Shown here: one piece after another, positions 46,824 through 58,366 of the stretch
Numbering within the stretch: position 1 is the first letter of the stretch
Layout of the letters: every line of letters starts with the position of its first letter
Assembly: GCA_040767525.1 (NCBI GenBank)
Contig: JAXGOJ010000007.1
Span: 825 to 64,824, forward strand
Source of the DNA: Bacillota bacterium
GTDB lineage: Bacteria; Bacillota; Sulfobacillia; Fermentithermobacillales; Fermentithermobacillaceae
Direction: 5' to 3'
DNA: 64,000 nucleotides
The notes under the pieces: generated by a model
Told to the model about the DNA's origin: nothing
The model's input: the letters and a program-made list of their open reading frames with translations, nothing else
Databases searched by the model: none
Made by a program: the position numbers and the translations under genes

Positions 46824-48776
46824 ATGAGAGCAAAGTTGAGAAGTCTAATTGAAAGAATGCTGGTCTCTGCAGGCCCGACCTTCAAGCGGTTTTGGGTATC
46901 TATTGGATTCACGGTAGCCCTCACTACTACTCTGATCATGAGTACAACAGGCCCGTATCCACGCCCAACAGAAATACTGAACAGGCTTTCCCTGGCCTTC
47001 CTGGCAGGAATACTCACATCATGGTGTGCAGTGTTGTTTTGGGAATCTCGGGGGCAATCACACAAAAAGCCTGAATCTGAGAAGAAAGGTTCCAGTGAGC
47101 AACTCAGCCTCAAGAGCGGGCAAGATAGGTCGGAACCTCTTCAAATAGGCCAGGAATCCAACGAAAAACCAACCACGAATATGCTCAGCAACGAGGAACC
47201 CGGCAAGCCCTGGCTGAGCAAACAACCACCGGCAAACTCCTGCCCCACAGCCTCAGCCCTCACCGGCAATTTAATTGCACTGGCTGCTGCAGGTGTAGTC
47301 ACCTTGGCCACTTATTCCATGCTCAAAGGCCTGACTTTCGTTCCGGTAAGCAGGCATGTGGGACTATGCGTATTTCTCTTCTTGCTCTTTTTCATAATAC
47401 CTCACATCAAGAAAAATGAGGGCCTGGAGATGTATGTAGTCAGGCTGTTCACCCAGGCAGTGGTCTCTGTCCTGTTTGCCGCGGTCATGTTCATTGGATT
47501 GGCCGCAATCACAGTCACAGTCTCGTCTCTCTTTTCTTTGAACCTATCCTACCGGATATACATTCAGATCTGGCTGGTGATGGTAGGCATTCTGGCTCCG
47601 TTTCTGTTCATGGCCGGAATACCGGCAGCAGGTGTTACCATTGAAACCCACGACTACCCGAAAATACTCAATAACCTCATTGTATATGTAGTAACGCCCC
47701 TTTTGGCCGCATATACCTTTATCCTATACCTGTACTTCGGGAAAATACTCATCACCCGCCAATGGCCCGTGGGCCTGGTGTCCCATCTGGTCCTGTGGTA
47801 CTCAGTAGCCAGTACGGCAATCCTTTACTTCGTCTGGCCCCTTACTTCGGACAATAAATGGGCAGAGGCATTTTCCCGCTACTTCAAAAAAGCCGTAATT
47901 CCCCTTCTGGCCATGATGTTCTTCTCAATAGGAATCAGAATTAAATTCTATGGCATTACTGAAAACCGGTACTACGTTTTGGCCCTGGGCATGTGGGTAC
48001 TGGGATCCATGATCTACTTGAATCTCGCCAGGGAAAAAAGAAGCGTCATCCTCCCCATTTCCCTGGCAGTGGTAGTTGCACTCTCGGTAATTGGCCCATG
48101 GAGCAGTTTTGCCGTGTCCAAATGGAGTCAAAACCGGAGACTCGAGAGACTCTGTGCTCAACACGGCATGATCAGTGATGGTTCAATTATACCGTCATCT
48201 CAAGTTACCCAGGCTGACCAAAAGGAAATGGTGGCAATCCTGCAATACTTCGCTCGTTACCACGGTCTATCCGATGTAAGACTCCTGCCTCAAGGCTTTG
48301 CATTAGCACAGTTTGAGCAAGTGTTTGGGTTCAGTTATGCAGACGCCGATTTCCCAAGGCCGGTAAAGACAATGCACTACGATGCATCCAATTTAGCAAT
48401 GGACATAAGTGAATACCAACACCTGTTTGACTATACAAAACCCCAGTACACAGACAGTTCAACGACTCTCCCACTGTCTCAAGGAGACGTTCTCACAACC
48501 TATGACTGGGACACCAAGCGTATCACAGTAAGCTTAAACGGTAATTTAGAATGGGAAGACTCTTTTGCTGAATTCATAAGCAACGTTCTGTCAAAATACG
48601 GACCGGAAAACGAAGTCGAGTTTCGCCCGGAAGACATGGCCTTCGAGGCAGAAAGCAGCAATTTGCGGATTAAGGTTATGATAACCGGCCTGTGGGGTGA
48701 AGTGGATCCGGCCAGCCAGAAACCTATTGTGCACCAGGTGGGATTTTTCCTGCTTGTAGGCAAGACCGGAAAGTAA
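46824..48776 (+). CDS. Large polytopic membrane protein (about 10 TM) with a C-terminal soluble domain; DUF4153-like (tentative)
   Basis: 650-aa ORF with RBS GAGGAG. It has a low-complexity cytoplasmic linker (residues ~85-140), many hydrophobic helices, and a hydrophilic domain of about 200 aa after residue ~440. Confidence 0.6.
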   Translation: MRAKLRSLIERMLVSAGPTFKRFWVSIGFTVALTTTLIMSTTGPYPRPTEILNRLSLAFLAGILTSWCAVLFWESRGQSHKKPESEKKGSSEQLSLKSGQDRSEPLQIGQESNEKPTTNMLSNEEPGKPWLSKQPPANSCPTASALTGNLIALAAAGVVTLATYSMLKGLTFVPVSRHVGLCVFLFLLFFIIPHIKKNEGLEMYVVRLFTQAVVSVLFAAVMFIGLAAITVTVSSLFSLNLSYRIYIQIWLVMVGILAPFLFMAGIPAAGVTIETHDYPKILNNLIVYVVTPLLAAYTFILYLYFGKILITRQWPVGLVSHLVLWYSVASTAILYFVWPLTSDNKWAEAFSRYFKKAVIPLLAMMFFSIGIRIKFYGITENRYYVLALGMWVLGSMIYLNLAREKRSVILPISLAVVVALSVIGPWSSFAVSKWSQNRRLERLCAQHGMISDGSIIPSSQVTQADQKEMVAILQYFARYHGLSDVRLLPQGFALAQFEQVFGFSYADADFPRPVKTMHYDASNLAMDISEYQHLFDYTKPQYTDSSTTLPLSQGDVLTTYDWDTKRITVSLNGNLEWEDSFAEFISNVLSKYGPENEVEFRPEDMAFEAESSNLRIKVMITGLWGEVDPASQKPIVHQVGFFLLVGKTGK

Positions 48777-48787
48777 AGAATCCCGGA

Positions 48788-48836
48788 GAGTAAAGAAATC
48801 AGGGCCTTCATCTCTGATTGAAACCTCTTTACTCTT
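48788..48836 (+). terminator. Long hairpin after the membrane-protein gene
   Basis: AGAGTAAAGA-AATCAG-(loop)-CTGATT-gaaacc-TCTTTACTCT, followed by TTCC. Composite stem, weak T-tract. Confidence 0.4.
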
Positions 48837-49031
48837 TCCAGAGTCACCGGATCGGGTTCGCCGGAAATTGGGTATGTGATACCATAAGTATGCAAGATAT
48901 CCACAACCTTCTTACCCCGAATCTCAGCCGGGCAAGGTACAACGTACCCTCCCTTGCGAAAACGGCTTCAGACATGCGCTGGAAGGTTTGGTCTTGGTTA
49001 AAACATTTCACTTAAACCGAAGGATGATCAA

Positions 49032-50045
49032 GTGTTCAATAAAAAAATTGCAGTCTTATGGCGTAGGCGAAGAAACATAAAAATGCATGAGGAATTCACC
49101 GGTAAAAAATTTAAAGATGACGCTTTCAATGAAGCAATGTGTCATTGCACGGCTCTCAAAGAAGCAGGTTATTACGCGGAAATCGTCCAATGGATACCTG
49201 CTGAACCCGCAAAAACCCTGCATACAATCGGCAAAATGAACCCTGACCTTGTTTTCAATGCTTCATCTGAGCAAGAAGTGTGTTTTTGCGAAACGTGGGG
49301 CATTCCGTATGCCGGGTCGGGTATAGGCCTGGTTCCTCTTGATAAAGCCACCAGGAAGAAAATCTGGGCCTACCATGGAATTCCGACTCCCAGGTTCATC
49401 ACAATATGGAGTCAAGCAGATCTCCACAGGATTTCTGAACTCCTTTCAGGACAAAACCTGGGCTTTCCTTTGTTCGTTAAACCCGTGGAAGGACGCGGAA
49501 GTTCAGGCATAACCGAAAACTCCATCGTCGGTAACGAATCAGAACTGGCCCGGGAATGCAGCAAAATTCTTGAGAACTTGAGACAGCCGGCCCTGATCGA
49601 GGAATACATCGAGGGGCGTGAGATAAGCACAGGGCTGATAGGGAACGGAAGTGGAATCAGGATTTTGCCCCTGCTTGAAATAGGCTATACAGGCTCTGCA
49701 ACTAATACATCGGCACATAAGCTAAACGACAAAGAAGAACTGATATGCCCTGCACCTTTGCCACGCCGGCAGCAGGAGAAAATAAAAGAACTTGCTGTCC
49801 GCGCGTACCGGGTCTTGGGTGCCAGAGACTATGGGAGACTGGATATCATGCTTAAGGGAAGCAGGCCCTATTTTCTCGAGCTCAACACTTTCGCCGGCAT
49901 TGCCTTACCGAATGGCAAAGGCTCAGTACAAGATGCTAAAATCCACCCCAGTTACATGGGCAAAATGGCTGCTTCCTTGGGCAAACCACAATCATGGCTG
50001 GTAGCAAGTATTGCCGAGGCAGCATTAAGGAGGATTTCTGCATAG
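49032..50045 (+). CDS. D-alanine--D-alanine ligase-family ATP-grasp enzyme
   Basis: N-terminal KKIAVL; ATP-grasp core FPLFVKPVEGRGSSGI, IEEYIEGREIS and DYGRLDIMLKGSRPYFLELNTFAGI. Confidence 0.75.
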   Translation: MFNKKIAVLWRRRRNIKMHEEFTGKKFKDDAFNEAMCHCTALKEAGYYAEIVQWIPAEPAKTLHTIGKMNPDLVFNASSEQEVCFCETWGIPYAGSGIGLVPLDKATRKKIWAYHGIPTPRFITIWSQADLHRISELLSGQNLGFPLFVKPVEGRGSSGITENSIVGNESELARECSKILENLRQPALIEEYIEGREISTGLIGNGSGIRILPLLEIGYTGSATNTSAHKLNDKEELICPAPLPRRQQEKIKELAVRAYRVLGARDYGRLDIMLKGSRPYFLELNTFAGIALPNGKGSVQDAKIHPSYMGKMAASLGKPQSWLVASIAEAALRRISA

Positions 50046-50370
50046 TCAGTGTACGTACCTGCCGCCAAATCCCTTATCAGAACCGGACCAAGAAAGCAGC
50101 TCAGCCCGTAGAATTCATATAGGACTCACGGAAAATTCACTCAAAGCCTCACCGGAACCGGCCAAATTCCCAAATTCCTTAGCCGGTTCCGTGATCAACT
50201 CCTTATACCTCACACACCTGGAACCTGCCGGCCCGGATAAACAATACCCGGCGCCTTTTGGATGTCTTAACCACACCCTGGCACGTCACCAAAGCGGATC
50301 ATTGTCATACGTAACGCCACACACTCTGTGTATTATGCCTGCTTAACAAGAAAGTACAATGAATCGTTCA

Positions 50371-51171
50371 TCACTTGTGTGTGTCATACAACTCAGGCCT
50401 GAGCCATTCAAGCCACTTAATTTCGCTGCGCTCCAATTCTACTTCACTCTTGTGCAACGTAGCCACAAAATAGCCTTCCTTCTGGAGGCCCAAATTGGCG
50501 ATAATCTCACCTCTGGGGCTGGTGGCCATAGAATGTCCAAGGGCGACACGCCCGCTTATCTCTTTGCCAAACCTGTTGCACGAAACTAGGTAGCAGCTGT
50601 TTTCGGCTGCCCTGAGCTGATTACAAAGAACCCATAATAGATCATGGGGATAGCCCCAGCAGCTGGGCACGGCAAGCACATCGACCCCTTCAACAGCCAT
50701 GGTACGGCTGAACTCAGGGAAGCCCAAGTCCGCGCAAATCATGATACCTATTGAAAAGTCCCTGATCTTGAAAATGACTTTCTTATCACCAGGCTTAAAA
50801 AAGCCTCTCTCGGTATTAAAAAGATGAGCCTTTGCATATTCAGCCAAAACACTGCCATCTGGTGCATAGCAAGTAGCCAAATTGAGCCAGACTCCATCCC
50901 GGCGCGCAATATGCCCGGGAAGAATGTGAATCCCGCTCATCTTGGCCATTGAGCGCCAGAATTTGTCGATTTCATCAAGCTGTTCAACAGTCAAAAGGGT
51001 TTCAAAAGACGCCTTATCAACTCCTTCAATACAGACCTCTGGAAAGAGCAGTAAGTCAACATTGCTCTCTTTCATGACCTGCTTGACCATCTTCTCAGCA
51101 CGCTGCATATTGCCTGTAAAATCGTTGTCTATTAGCGGAAACTGCACTGATGCCACCCGCAATGTGCTCAT
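50371..51171 (-). CDS. Carbon-nitrogen hydrolase (nitrilase-superfamily amidase)
   Basis: LRVASVQFP...LLLFPE (catalytic Glu), the YAKAHLF region (Lys) and IGIMICADLGFPE (Cys). 266 aa. Confidence 0.8.
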   Translation of the reverse strand: MSTLRVASVQFPLIDNDFTGNMQRAEKMVKQVMKESNVDLLLFPEVCIEGVDKASFETLLTVEQLDEIDKFWRSMAKMSGIHILPGHIARRDGVWLNLATCYAPDGSVLAEYAKAHLFNTERGFFKPGDKKVIFKIRDFSIGIMICADLGFPEFSRTMAVEGVDVLAVPSCWGYPHDLLWVLCNQLRAAENSCYLVSCNRFGKEISGRVALGHSMATSPRGEIIANLGLQKEGYFVATLHKSEVELERSEIKWLEWLRPELYDTHK

Positions 51172-51359
51172 GGTTCATCCTCCGTTTCAAATATCTATGA
51201 CCCAGACTCCTATGCCGGCTGTATGTCTTGAATCACTTCGGCTATCTCTTGAAGTCTCAAATATTCTATGGGCCAAATTCCTGGGCCCGCCCGGCCGTGG
51301 TATCTTCACTTCACCATGCCTGCAATTTGCACTGCCCGGCCTTCTTTAGCAACATATTG

Positions 51360-52626
51360 TCACAACTTTATTCCCAGAAAATCAGCAATAATAGCAAAGT
51401 GAGTCTTTGCCACAACAATGATCTCGTCGATGTCCGCAGTCTCATTGTACCCGTGAACGCCGTCAATGTTAGCAGGGCCGTACTGAATTGACGGAATGCC
51501 GTGATGGCGGTAGTAAAGCCCGTCACTGCTGGCCCATTGATAAACAGGAACTACCTCTTTCCCGTTCAGGTAAGTGGCATTCTTTACAGCGATCTGTACA
51601 ATAGGTTCGTTGACGGGAGTATAAGCTGCATCCAGTACTTTGGTTATCTCACACTCAACCCCGCACTCACTGGCAATCTTTTCAAGATCCTGCTTTAACC
51701 TTTTTGCCGGTACTCCATTTGGGATTCGGAAATGAACTCCCGCTTCACAGTACTCACATTCGGCTTTGCCAGGCATTCCACTCTTCAAAGTGCTAATATT
51801 GTAAGTGACATGATCAATGGCCTCACCTACACCCGAAACCTTCAGGATCTGCTCAGCCACTTGTTTAGAGTATCCAATTACATCTTTCTGATCTTCTTTG
51901 ATTTCTGCAGTCAAAAGGCGCAGTTCCTCAAACCGGCCGAGAAACCGGCTCATCTTCGCGATGGCGTTGTCTCCCACAAAACTGGCTACACTGCCGTGTG
52001 CCTGTGTTCCAAATGAACGGACTGTTGCCCAAAGGCCGCCTTTGGAACCGGTTTCTATGTTGCACCACGAGGTAGGTTCACCCAAAACCACAGCGTCGAT
52101 GGAATCGGCATAGTGATTTCGTATCAACCACTGGGTGCCCAGCTCACCACCGGTTTCCTCATCGGGAACCAAATGCATAGCCACCCTTCCGCCTAATTCG
52201 ATTTTGTGCTCTGTAATCAGGCGAAGAATGTGCATATCAATGGCAACGCCGCACAGCATGTCAGAAGCGCCACGCCCCAGGACTTGTGTATCGGTTATGG
52301 TGCCACAGTGAGGGTCAAAGGTCCATTTACTCAAAATCTCCCGGGCCAACAATGTCAGTGTGCCCATTGAAGCACAAAGTCTTGTTGGGGTTTTCCCTTT
52401 GGCCAACTTCCCGCGAGATAACCGGCCTGTCAGAGCCTGATCCCACTATCTGATAGTCGATACCATGCTTGTCAAAATAGTTTGAAATGAATTGCGTGAT
52501 AGGCCCGGCGTTAATAGGCGGATTGAGGCTTGGCCGCCGTATCAGTTCGGCGCACAGGGCCAAAAGCTCATCTTTGGTTTGGTCGATGAGGGCCCACAGC
52601 TTTTCCTTGATTTGCGTTTGCTCCAT
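51360..52626 (-). CDS. M20-family metallopeptidase (ArgE/DapE/ACY1-like), copy 1; one frame break near 52333
   Basis: ORF 52327-52626 (MEQTQIKEKLWALID...NGHTDIVGPGD) and ORF 51360-52406 (..SKWTFDPHCGTITDTQVLGRGASDM...VPDEETGG...) are joined at the A/T run 52333-52336. Confidence 0.8.
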
Positions 52627-52639
52627 ACCTCATCCTCCT

Positions 52640-53952
52640 CTAAATCTCAAAGCCAATCAGATCATCCAAGACGCCAAAATATACTGGCACAATGGATTAT
52701 CTCTGCAATGTCAACGCACTCGTTATAGGCATGTATGCCAGGCACATTTGCCGGCCCGTACTGTATAGTAGGTATCCCCTTATACCGATAATACTTGGCG
52801 TCGCTTGTAGCCCACTGATGTGCAGCCACTACTCTCTTACCCCATAGGTCCCGGGACGTTCAAAGTCGAACGTACAAGGGGAGTATCCACATCGGTAGTC
52901 GCTCCGTCATAGGAGCGCAGGTACTCGATTTCACGCCACCCTTGGGACACTCTTCTGCCAAGATGGCCCCTAACTTCTCCTTGACCACAGCCAGGGGCAC
53001 CGCAGCAGGCGATAAAATACCGATCCTGGCACTGCAGGTCTCAGGTGTCATAGTCTTGCTGGTGCCGCCGGCTACAGACATAATGTTCACATTCACAGAA
53101 TCAATGGCCTGTTCCACACCTGGAACATTCAAACACTCGCGTATCACCATACGGGAGTCTTCCAAGAGCTGCTGTTGATCGCCACTGAACCGGGCACGGA
53201 TTTGCGCAAGCTCTGGCAGCCTGTTTAGCACCCTGACCATTTTGTGGACTGCGTTTTCTCCCACATAGTTGATTACCGACCCGTTGACCGGCTTGCCGTA
53301 GGTAGTGATTTCCGCCAGCATGCTGCCTTTTTGCCCAACCTCAACATTGTTGTAGGTTTGGCTCAGGAATCATGCAAAAGTCTGCGCCGTCAGCATACCC
53401 TTGTCTCTCACCAAAAACACACTTCCCATTTGGCCGCCTTTTTCTTCATCATGAACAATGCAATCGCAGTTCACCTTTTAGCTCGAGGTTTTCCTGGCTA
53501 ATTTTTTTGGCGATGAAAAGGATCATACCTACGCCGCATTTCATATCGGAAGTGCCCCTGCCCAGGATCTGGCCTTCGGTTATAGTCCCGCAATAGGGCG
53601 AAAAATCCCAACGGCCCAGGTCTCCTACAGGAACAACGTCGTTGTGGCCGTTGAATATCCCTACCTTGCCTCCCTTTTCGCCCACTGATGCGATAATACT
53701 AGGGGTGTTGTCAGGGGCCCGTACAACTTCGTACTGAATCCCTGCATCGGCCAGGTAGGCACAAACAAAATCGACTATAGCCTCCATCTGGCCAGGATGA
53801 ACACTGGGGATTTTTATCAGGCTTGAGCAAATTTCAAGGAGCTCGGCCCTGTTTTCGTCAACAAGCGCCCAGAGTGTTTCCTTCGTTGTCCCACAACCGG
53901 TAACGTCCCCGGCCCCACAGCCGGTTTTCCTACCGGAGTTCGTTTCTACCAT
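52640..53952 (-). pseudogene. M20-family metallopeptidase, copy 2 (tandem paralog), with about 4-5 frame breaks
   Basis: Fragments are ORF 53449-53952 (..FNGHNDVVPVGDLGRWDFSPYCGTITEGQILGRGTSDMKCG), ORF 52860-53321 (dimerisation-domain region) and an unlisted C-terminal piece, QWATSDAKYYRYKGIPTIQYGPANVPGIHAYNECVDIAEII. The stop TAG 52640-52642 lies 13 nt before the copy-1 ATG. Confidence 0.65.
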
Positions 53953-53983
53953 TCCTTCACTGCCTCCTCAACTGAACCTGCAA

Positions 53984-55126
53984 TCACCGCATCTTCTCTT
54001 CAATCGGGACATAGTCGCTCTTTAAACCGAAATTGCGTGGCCCCAGGGTTTCTATCCCCCGTGGCGAACGGGAAATGCCACGGGCCTTAAGGCCGATAAC
54101 GGCCATTTTCATCCCCTCTTGTACCGCAGTATTAGTCATGGGCTCACAGGTTTCATCACTTACTGCAATTATCATGTCGGGGCTCGTTGCCAGTACCTCT
54201 CCATTGCGCCAGCAAACATGGTTTTCGTTCTTGAAGAAAACCTTTAGCTCAACGCCCAAAAAGCCTCCGGTGCCTGTGAACGTATGGTACCCCCAGTAAT
54301 AACCTTCCTTGTCCCACCATTCTTTCTTTGACACAACGCCACGGCACAGCACCCAACCGCCAAGCATTTCGGTAACGGCAACCACCGGATCCTCGCCGCC
54401 GTCACGTGCTTCACGGATAAGCTTCCCTACCTCATAACTCTCGCTCATGGTATTACGGAACACAGCTTCCTTCATGTCGGCTCCCGGCATAAGGAAACCG
54501 GCAAGGCCACAGCCTAAGAAACCAGCGATACTGAGCTGCTTGCCAATTCGCTCAGCCATGCGCCAATTGCAGGTCTTGTCGATAAAGCAGACGTTATCCC
54601 ATTGATTTACAGAAGCCAACGGTAACAAAGGTTTCTTGGCTATGAACGGACCGGTCTGGAAAATTGAAGGGACGGCTCGTCCGGCATAGTCTCCGTCTAC
54701 CGCCGGCCTGCCGCTCTCGGCTGCCGCGGCAATTAAGGTACAGGAATTCCCCCCGCCTACCTCACCGGGAACCAGCACTTTAATTTCCTTCCCGGAAAAC
54801 CTCTCAAGTTGGTGGAGAGCCTCAATAAGAAGCTCGCTCCGTCTGGGGTACCGTTCCTTTCCCAGGCCAAAATCCTCCATCTGCAGGTACGTCTCTTCTG
54901 TCTTAGGGGCAATGGAGCCCATTCCAAAGGCACTGGCGGTAAAGTAATCGTCGGGGACATCAGATACATCAATCCAACCAATCTCCCGGCCGGCCTCAAG
55001 TTGCTCTTTCAGTGCCTTTACTCCGCTTTCACTGCTACCTCCGCCACCTGTGCCAAAAAACGTGGCTCCCCTGGCAAAATCCTCAATGTCAGTAAGGTTC
55101 GTCAGCCGTCTTGACGGCATGTTCAT
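53984..55126 (-). CDS. DUF917-family protein, copy 1
   Basis: IEDFARGATFFGTGGGGSSESG N-terminal motif and VGGGNSCTLIAAAAESGRPAVDGDYAGRAVP. 380 aa. Confidence 0.75.
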   Translation of the reverse strand: MNMPSRRLTNLTDIEDFARGATFFGTGGGGSSESGVKALKEQLEAGREIGWIDVSDVPDDYFTASAFGMGSIAPKTEETYLQMEDFGLGKERYPRRSELLIEALHQLERFSGKEIKVLVPGEVGGGNSCTLIAAAAESGRPAVDGDYAGRAVPSIFQTGPFIAKKPLLPLASVNQWDNVCFIDKTCNWRMAERIGKQLSIAGFLGCGLAGFLMPGADMKEAVFRNTMSESYEVGKLIREARDGGEDPVVAVTEMLGGWVLCRGVVSKKEWWDKEGYYWGYHTFTGTGGFLGVELKVFFKNENHVCWRNGEVLATSPDMIIAVSDETCEPMTNTAVQEGMKMAVIGLKARGISRSPRGIETLGPRNFGLKSDYVPIEEKMR

Positions 55127-55162
55127 TCTCCTTTCGCAAACTCACTCCGGCGGAAATAGGAG

Positions 55163-56300
55163 TCACTTCACTTTTTCCTCTATTGGAATATAAGGTGAAT
55201 TTTCACCAAAGTTCTGGGGACCAAGGGCCTCAAGGCCGCGAGGAGTTCTAAATACGTCCCGGGCTTTAACCCCTACAACTGCCACTTCCATCCCCTCGGC
55301 TATCCAGGTATTGGTAATTGGCTCGCCGGTCTTGTCGTTTACGACAATGAGCATGTCTGGACTGGTAACAAAGACCTCATCGTTTTTGTAACACAGGTGG
55401 TTTTCATTCTGGAAGAATATGCGCAACTCTGTGCCGGCGTAATTTTCTTTTCCGGTAAATGTGTGCCAGCCCCAGAAATAGCCGTCTTTATCCCACCATT
55501 CCTTCTTTGATACAACACCCCGGCAAAGTACCCAACCACCCAGCATTTCAGCGGCAGCTGTCACAGGATCAGCCCCCTGCTCACGGGCTTCCCTGATGCA
55601 CTTGCCTACCTCCAGGCACTGGGTCAACGTTCCGTGGACAAGAGCCTCCTTCATGTCCCCGGCAGAAAGTGCAAAGCCGGCCATGGCGCAACCGGTGAAA
55701 CCGGCAACGCTCAGCATCTTCCCCACTCTCTCGGCCATGCGCCAGTTTACCGCCTCTTGCACAGTGCAAATGTTGCCCCACGCATCGCAAGAAGTAAGTG
55801 GCAAGAGCTGCTTTTCATAAATATATGGGGTAGTCTGATAGATTGCAGGAATGGCCCGCCCTGTATAATCACCATCTACAGTCTTCCGCCCGCTAAGGAC
55901 AGCTGCGGCAATACATGAAGACGAATTGCCGCCGCCCAATAGGTACCAATATATCGACCTTTTTCCCGATCTCTCCTTCAAGGACCTCCAGTGCTTTGAC
56001 GAAATTCACCCCTCTGGGATATTTCTCGACAACACAACCAAAGGACTCCCGCTGCCTCACCAATTCCTCCCCTTTTGGAGCTATTGACCCCATGCCAAAT
56101 GGACTGGCAGACATTACACCTTTGGGGATTTCGGCAGCATCAACCCAGCCAATCTCATACCCGGCATGGAACAACTTTGAGAGCACTTTCACACCGCTCT
56201 CATAAGAGCCCCCTCCGCCGGTGCCGAAGTAAGTAGCACCACGCGCAAAATCCTCAATCTCCACAATGCTTCTCAGTTGCCTTGTCGCCATCATTCCCAT
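55163..56300 (-). CDS. DUF917-family protein, copy 2 (tandem paralog); one frame break near 55930
   Basis: ORF 55893-56300 (IEDFARGATYFGTGGGGSYESG) and ORF 55163-55981 (LGGGNSSSCIAAAVLSGRKTVDGDYTGRAIP) are collinear with copy 1. Confidence 0.75.
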
Positions 56301-56399
56301 CCTTTCCGATTGTCCTGTCCACTGTATCCCCGAGATCCCGGTTTGCTCCCTGAGTAGGCCGTAGCATCATTCCCAATTGCCCGACCTTCCCCGCGTGCC

Positions 56400-57371
56400 T
56401 CATAAAAGGTGACAGCGAACCCAATGGTCAGATTCGATTTCCCGCATTTGGGGATCATCTTCAAAGCAACGATCGGTGACAAAGGGGCAACGGGTGTTAA
56501 AACTACATCCGGGAGGCACATCTACCGGACTGGGAATCTCACCCCGGGAAACAACCCTCTTGGGCTTAAGTTCCTCCTCTGCTTCGCTGATAACCGGTAT
56601 AGCCGACAGCAGCATCTGTGTATACGGATGCCGTGGCGCAGAAAAAAACGTCTCAGTAGGCGCGATTTCTGCAATTTTGCCCAGATACATAATAGCTATA
56701 CGAGTGGCAAGATTGCGCATTAAGCTCAGGTCGTGGGTAATGAATAAATAGGCAAGATTACGCCGTTTCTGCAGCCTGAGCAGCATATTAATGATTTTTG
56801 CCTGTACCGAAACGTCCAGGGACGACGTAGGCTCGTCCAGGACTATCATAGATGGGTCAGTAGCCAGGGCTCTGGCTATGGCCAGCATCTGCCGCTCGCC
56901 TCCGCCCAATGACGCAGGATAGCTGAACAAGTATTCGCCCGGCAATTCCACGTCCTCAAGCAATTGCAGAAGCTGTCCTTCAGGATCCTTCTTGTCCAGC
57001 ATACCGTGGACAGAAAGAGGCAACGACAGTATTTGCTTTACAGACCTCTGGGGGTTGAGAGTGGTGCCAGGGTCTTGGAATACCATACCTATGTCCTTCT
57101 TAATGGACAGCGGGCGCTTCCGGGTGTCTGTGCTGATGTCCTGGCCCTTGAAGGTCATTTCCCCGGCAGTGACACTGTACATTCCTATAACACAGTAGGC
57201 TGTAGTGCTCTTACCCGAGCCTGACTCTCCTACCAGGCCAAGGGTTTCCCCTTCTCTTATAAAGAAATCGATCCCATCAATAGCCTTAACAGCCTTACCC
57301 TTTTGCTTTCCCGACGTGATGGGAAAATGCTTCTTCAGTCCTTTGACCTCTAAAATCAGTTGACCCTTCAT
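56400..57371 (-). CDS. Oligopeptide/dipeptide ABC transporter ATP-binding protein (OppF/DppF-like), locus 2
   Basis: Start [16 protein letters not shown] at 57371, overlapping the upstream stop. Walker A GESGSGKST, signature-region LGGGERQM (a divergent LSGGQ), Walker B MIVLDEPT. C-terminal CSFNTRCPFVTDRC. Confidence 0.9.
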   Translation of the reverse strand: MKGQLILEVKGLKKHFPITSGKQKGKAVKAIDGIDFFIREGETLGLVGESGSGKSTTAYCVIGMYSVTAGEMTFKGQDISTDTRKRPLSIKKDIGMVFQDPGTTLNPQRSVKQILSLPLSVHGMLDKKDPEGQLLQLLEDVELPGEYLFSYPASLGGGERQMLAIARALATDPSMIVLDEPTSSLDVSVQAKIINMLLRLQKRRNLAYLFITHDLSLMRNLATRIAIMYLGKIAEIAPTETFFSAPRHPYTQMLLSAIPVISEAEEELKPKRVVSRGEIPSPVDVPPGCSFNTRCPFVTDRCFEDDPQMREIESDHWVRCHLL

Positions 57372-58366
57372 ATGGCTTCCCCCTCTCCGCCGTACAAAAA
57401 GCAAGCTACCTGGTGCTGTCTTCCTACATCTACGTACTCGGGTTTTTCCTCATGGCACCTTGGCATAGCTTCGGAACAACGGGGTGCAAAACGGCACCCC
57501 TTGGGCGGGTTGATATAATTGGGCAGCCTGCCGGGAATTCCCTCGGCCACACCGCCCCCTGAAAGCCTTGGGATGCATGACATCAATGCTCTTGAATAAG
57601 GATGCAGCTGCTTACGGAAGAGCTCGGCAGTAGGCGCGGTCTCAACCATGTTGCCTGCATACATAACATAAATCCTATCGCTGGTCTCTCTTGCAACACC
57701 AAGAGAATGGGTTATCAAAATAAGAGAGCTTCCTTTGGCCTCAACCCTTTCCCTGAGGATCTTCAATACCTGATCCTGAATGGTAACATCAAGGTTGGTA
57801 GTGGGTTCGTCAGCAATAACCAGATCCCTGGGTGTAGCCAGAGACATTGCAATCGAAACGCGCTGGCGCATGCCGCCACTGAGGTGGAAAGGATAACTCT
57901 GGAGTATACGTTCCGGGTCAGGCATAGACGTCTCTTCCAACGCCTTCACCGCCAATTCATGGCGCACCGATTTTTGCTCCACCCCTGGCTGCCCGGAATA
58001 ACGGATTACAGCCTCCATCTGTTCACCTATTGTAAACACAGGGTTCAAAGACATGGTAGGGTCTTGAAATATCATAGATGCGCCGGAACTCCGCAGCTTA
58101 TTAATTTCACCTGAATTCATTTTCAAAACGTCAGAACCATTGAACAGGATTTCGCCCCCCGGTATACTTGCCTGGCGCGGCAAAATCCGCAAGATAGATT
58201 TTACAGTCGTTGTCTTTCCGCAACCGGTCTCCCCGACTATGCTGACCTTTTCTCCCTTTTTAACCGACAGATTGACCCCGTTTAGCACTTTGACCTGTCC
58301 GCCGAAGATGCGGTACCGGACAAACAAGTCTTTTATATAGACGGTATTCTGCTTCAACTCCATCAC
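57368..58366 (-). CDS. Oligopeptide/dipeptide ABC transporter ATP-binding protein (OppD/DppD-like), locus 2
   Basis: Walker [10 protein letters not shown], signature LSGGMRQR, Walker [10 protein letters not shown]-terminal [14 protein letters not shown]. Confidence 0.9.
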   Translation of the reverse strand: MMELKQNTVYIKDLFVRYRIFGGQVKVLNGVNLSVKKGEKVSIVGETGCGKTTTVKSILRILPRQASIPGGEILFNGSDVLKMNSGEINKLRSSGASMIFQDPTMSLNPVFTIGEQMEAVIRYSGQPGVEQKSVRHELAVKALEETSMPDPERILQSYPFHLSGGMRQRVSIAMSLATPRDLVIADEPTTNLDVTIQDQVLKILRERVEAKGSSLILITHSLGVARETSDRIYVMYAGNMVETAPTAELFRKQLHPYSRALMSCIPRLSGGGVAEGIPGRLPNYINPPKGCRFAPRCSEAMPRCHEEKPEYVDVGRQHQVACFLYGGEGEAI

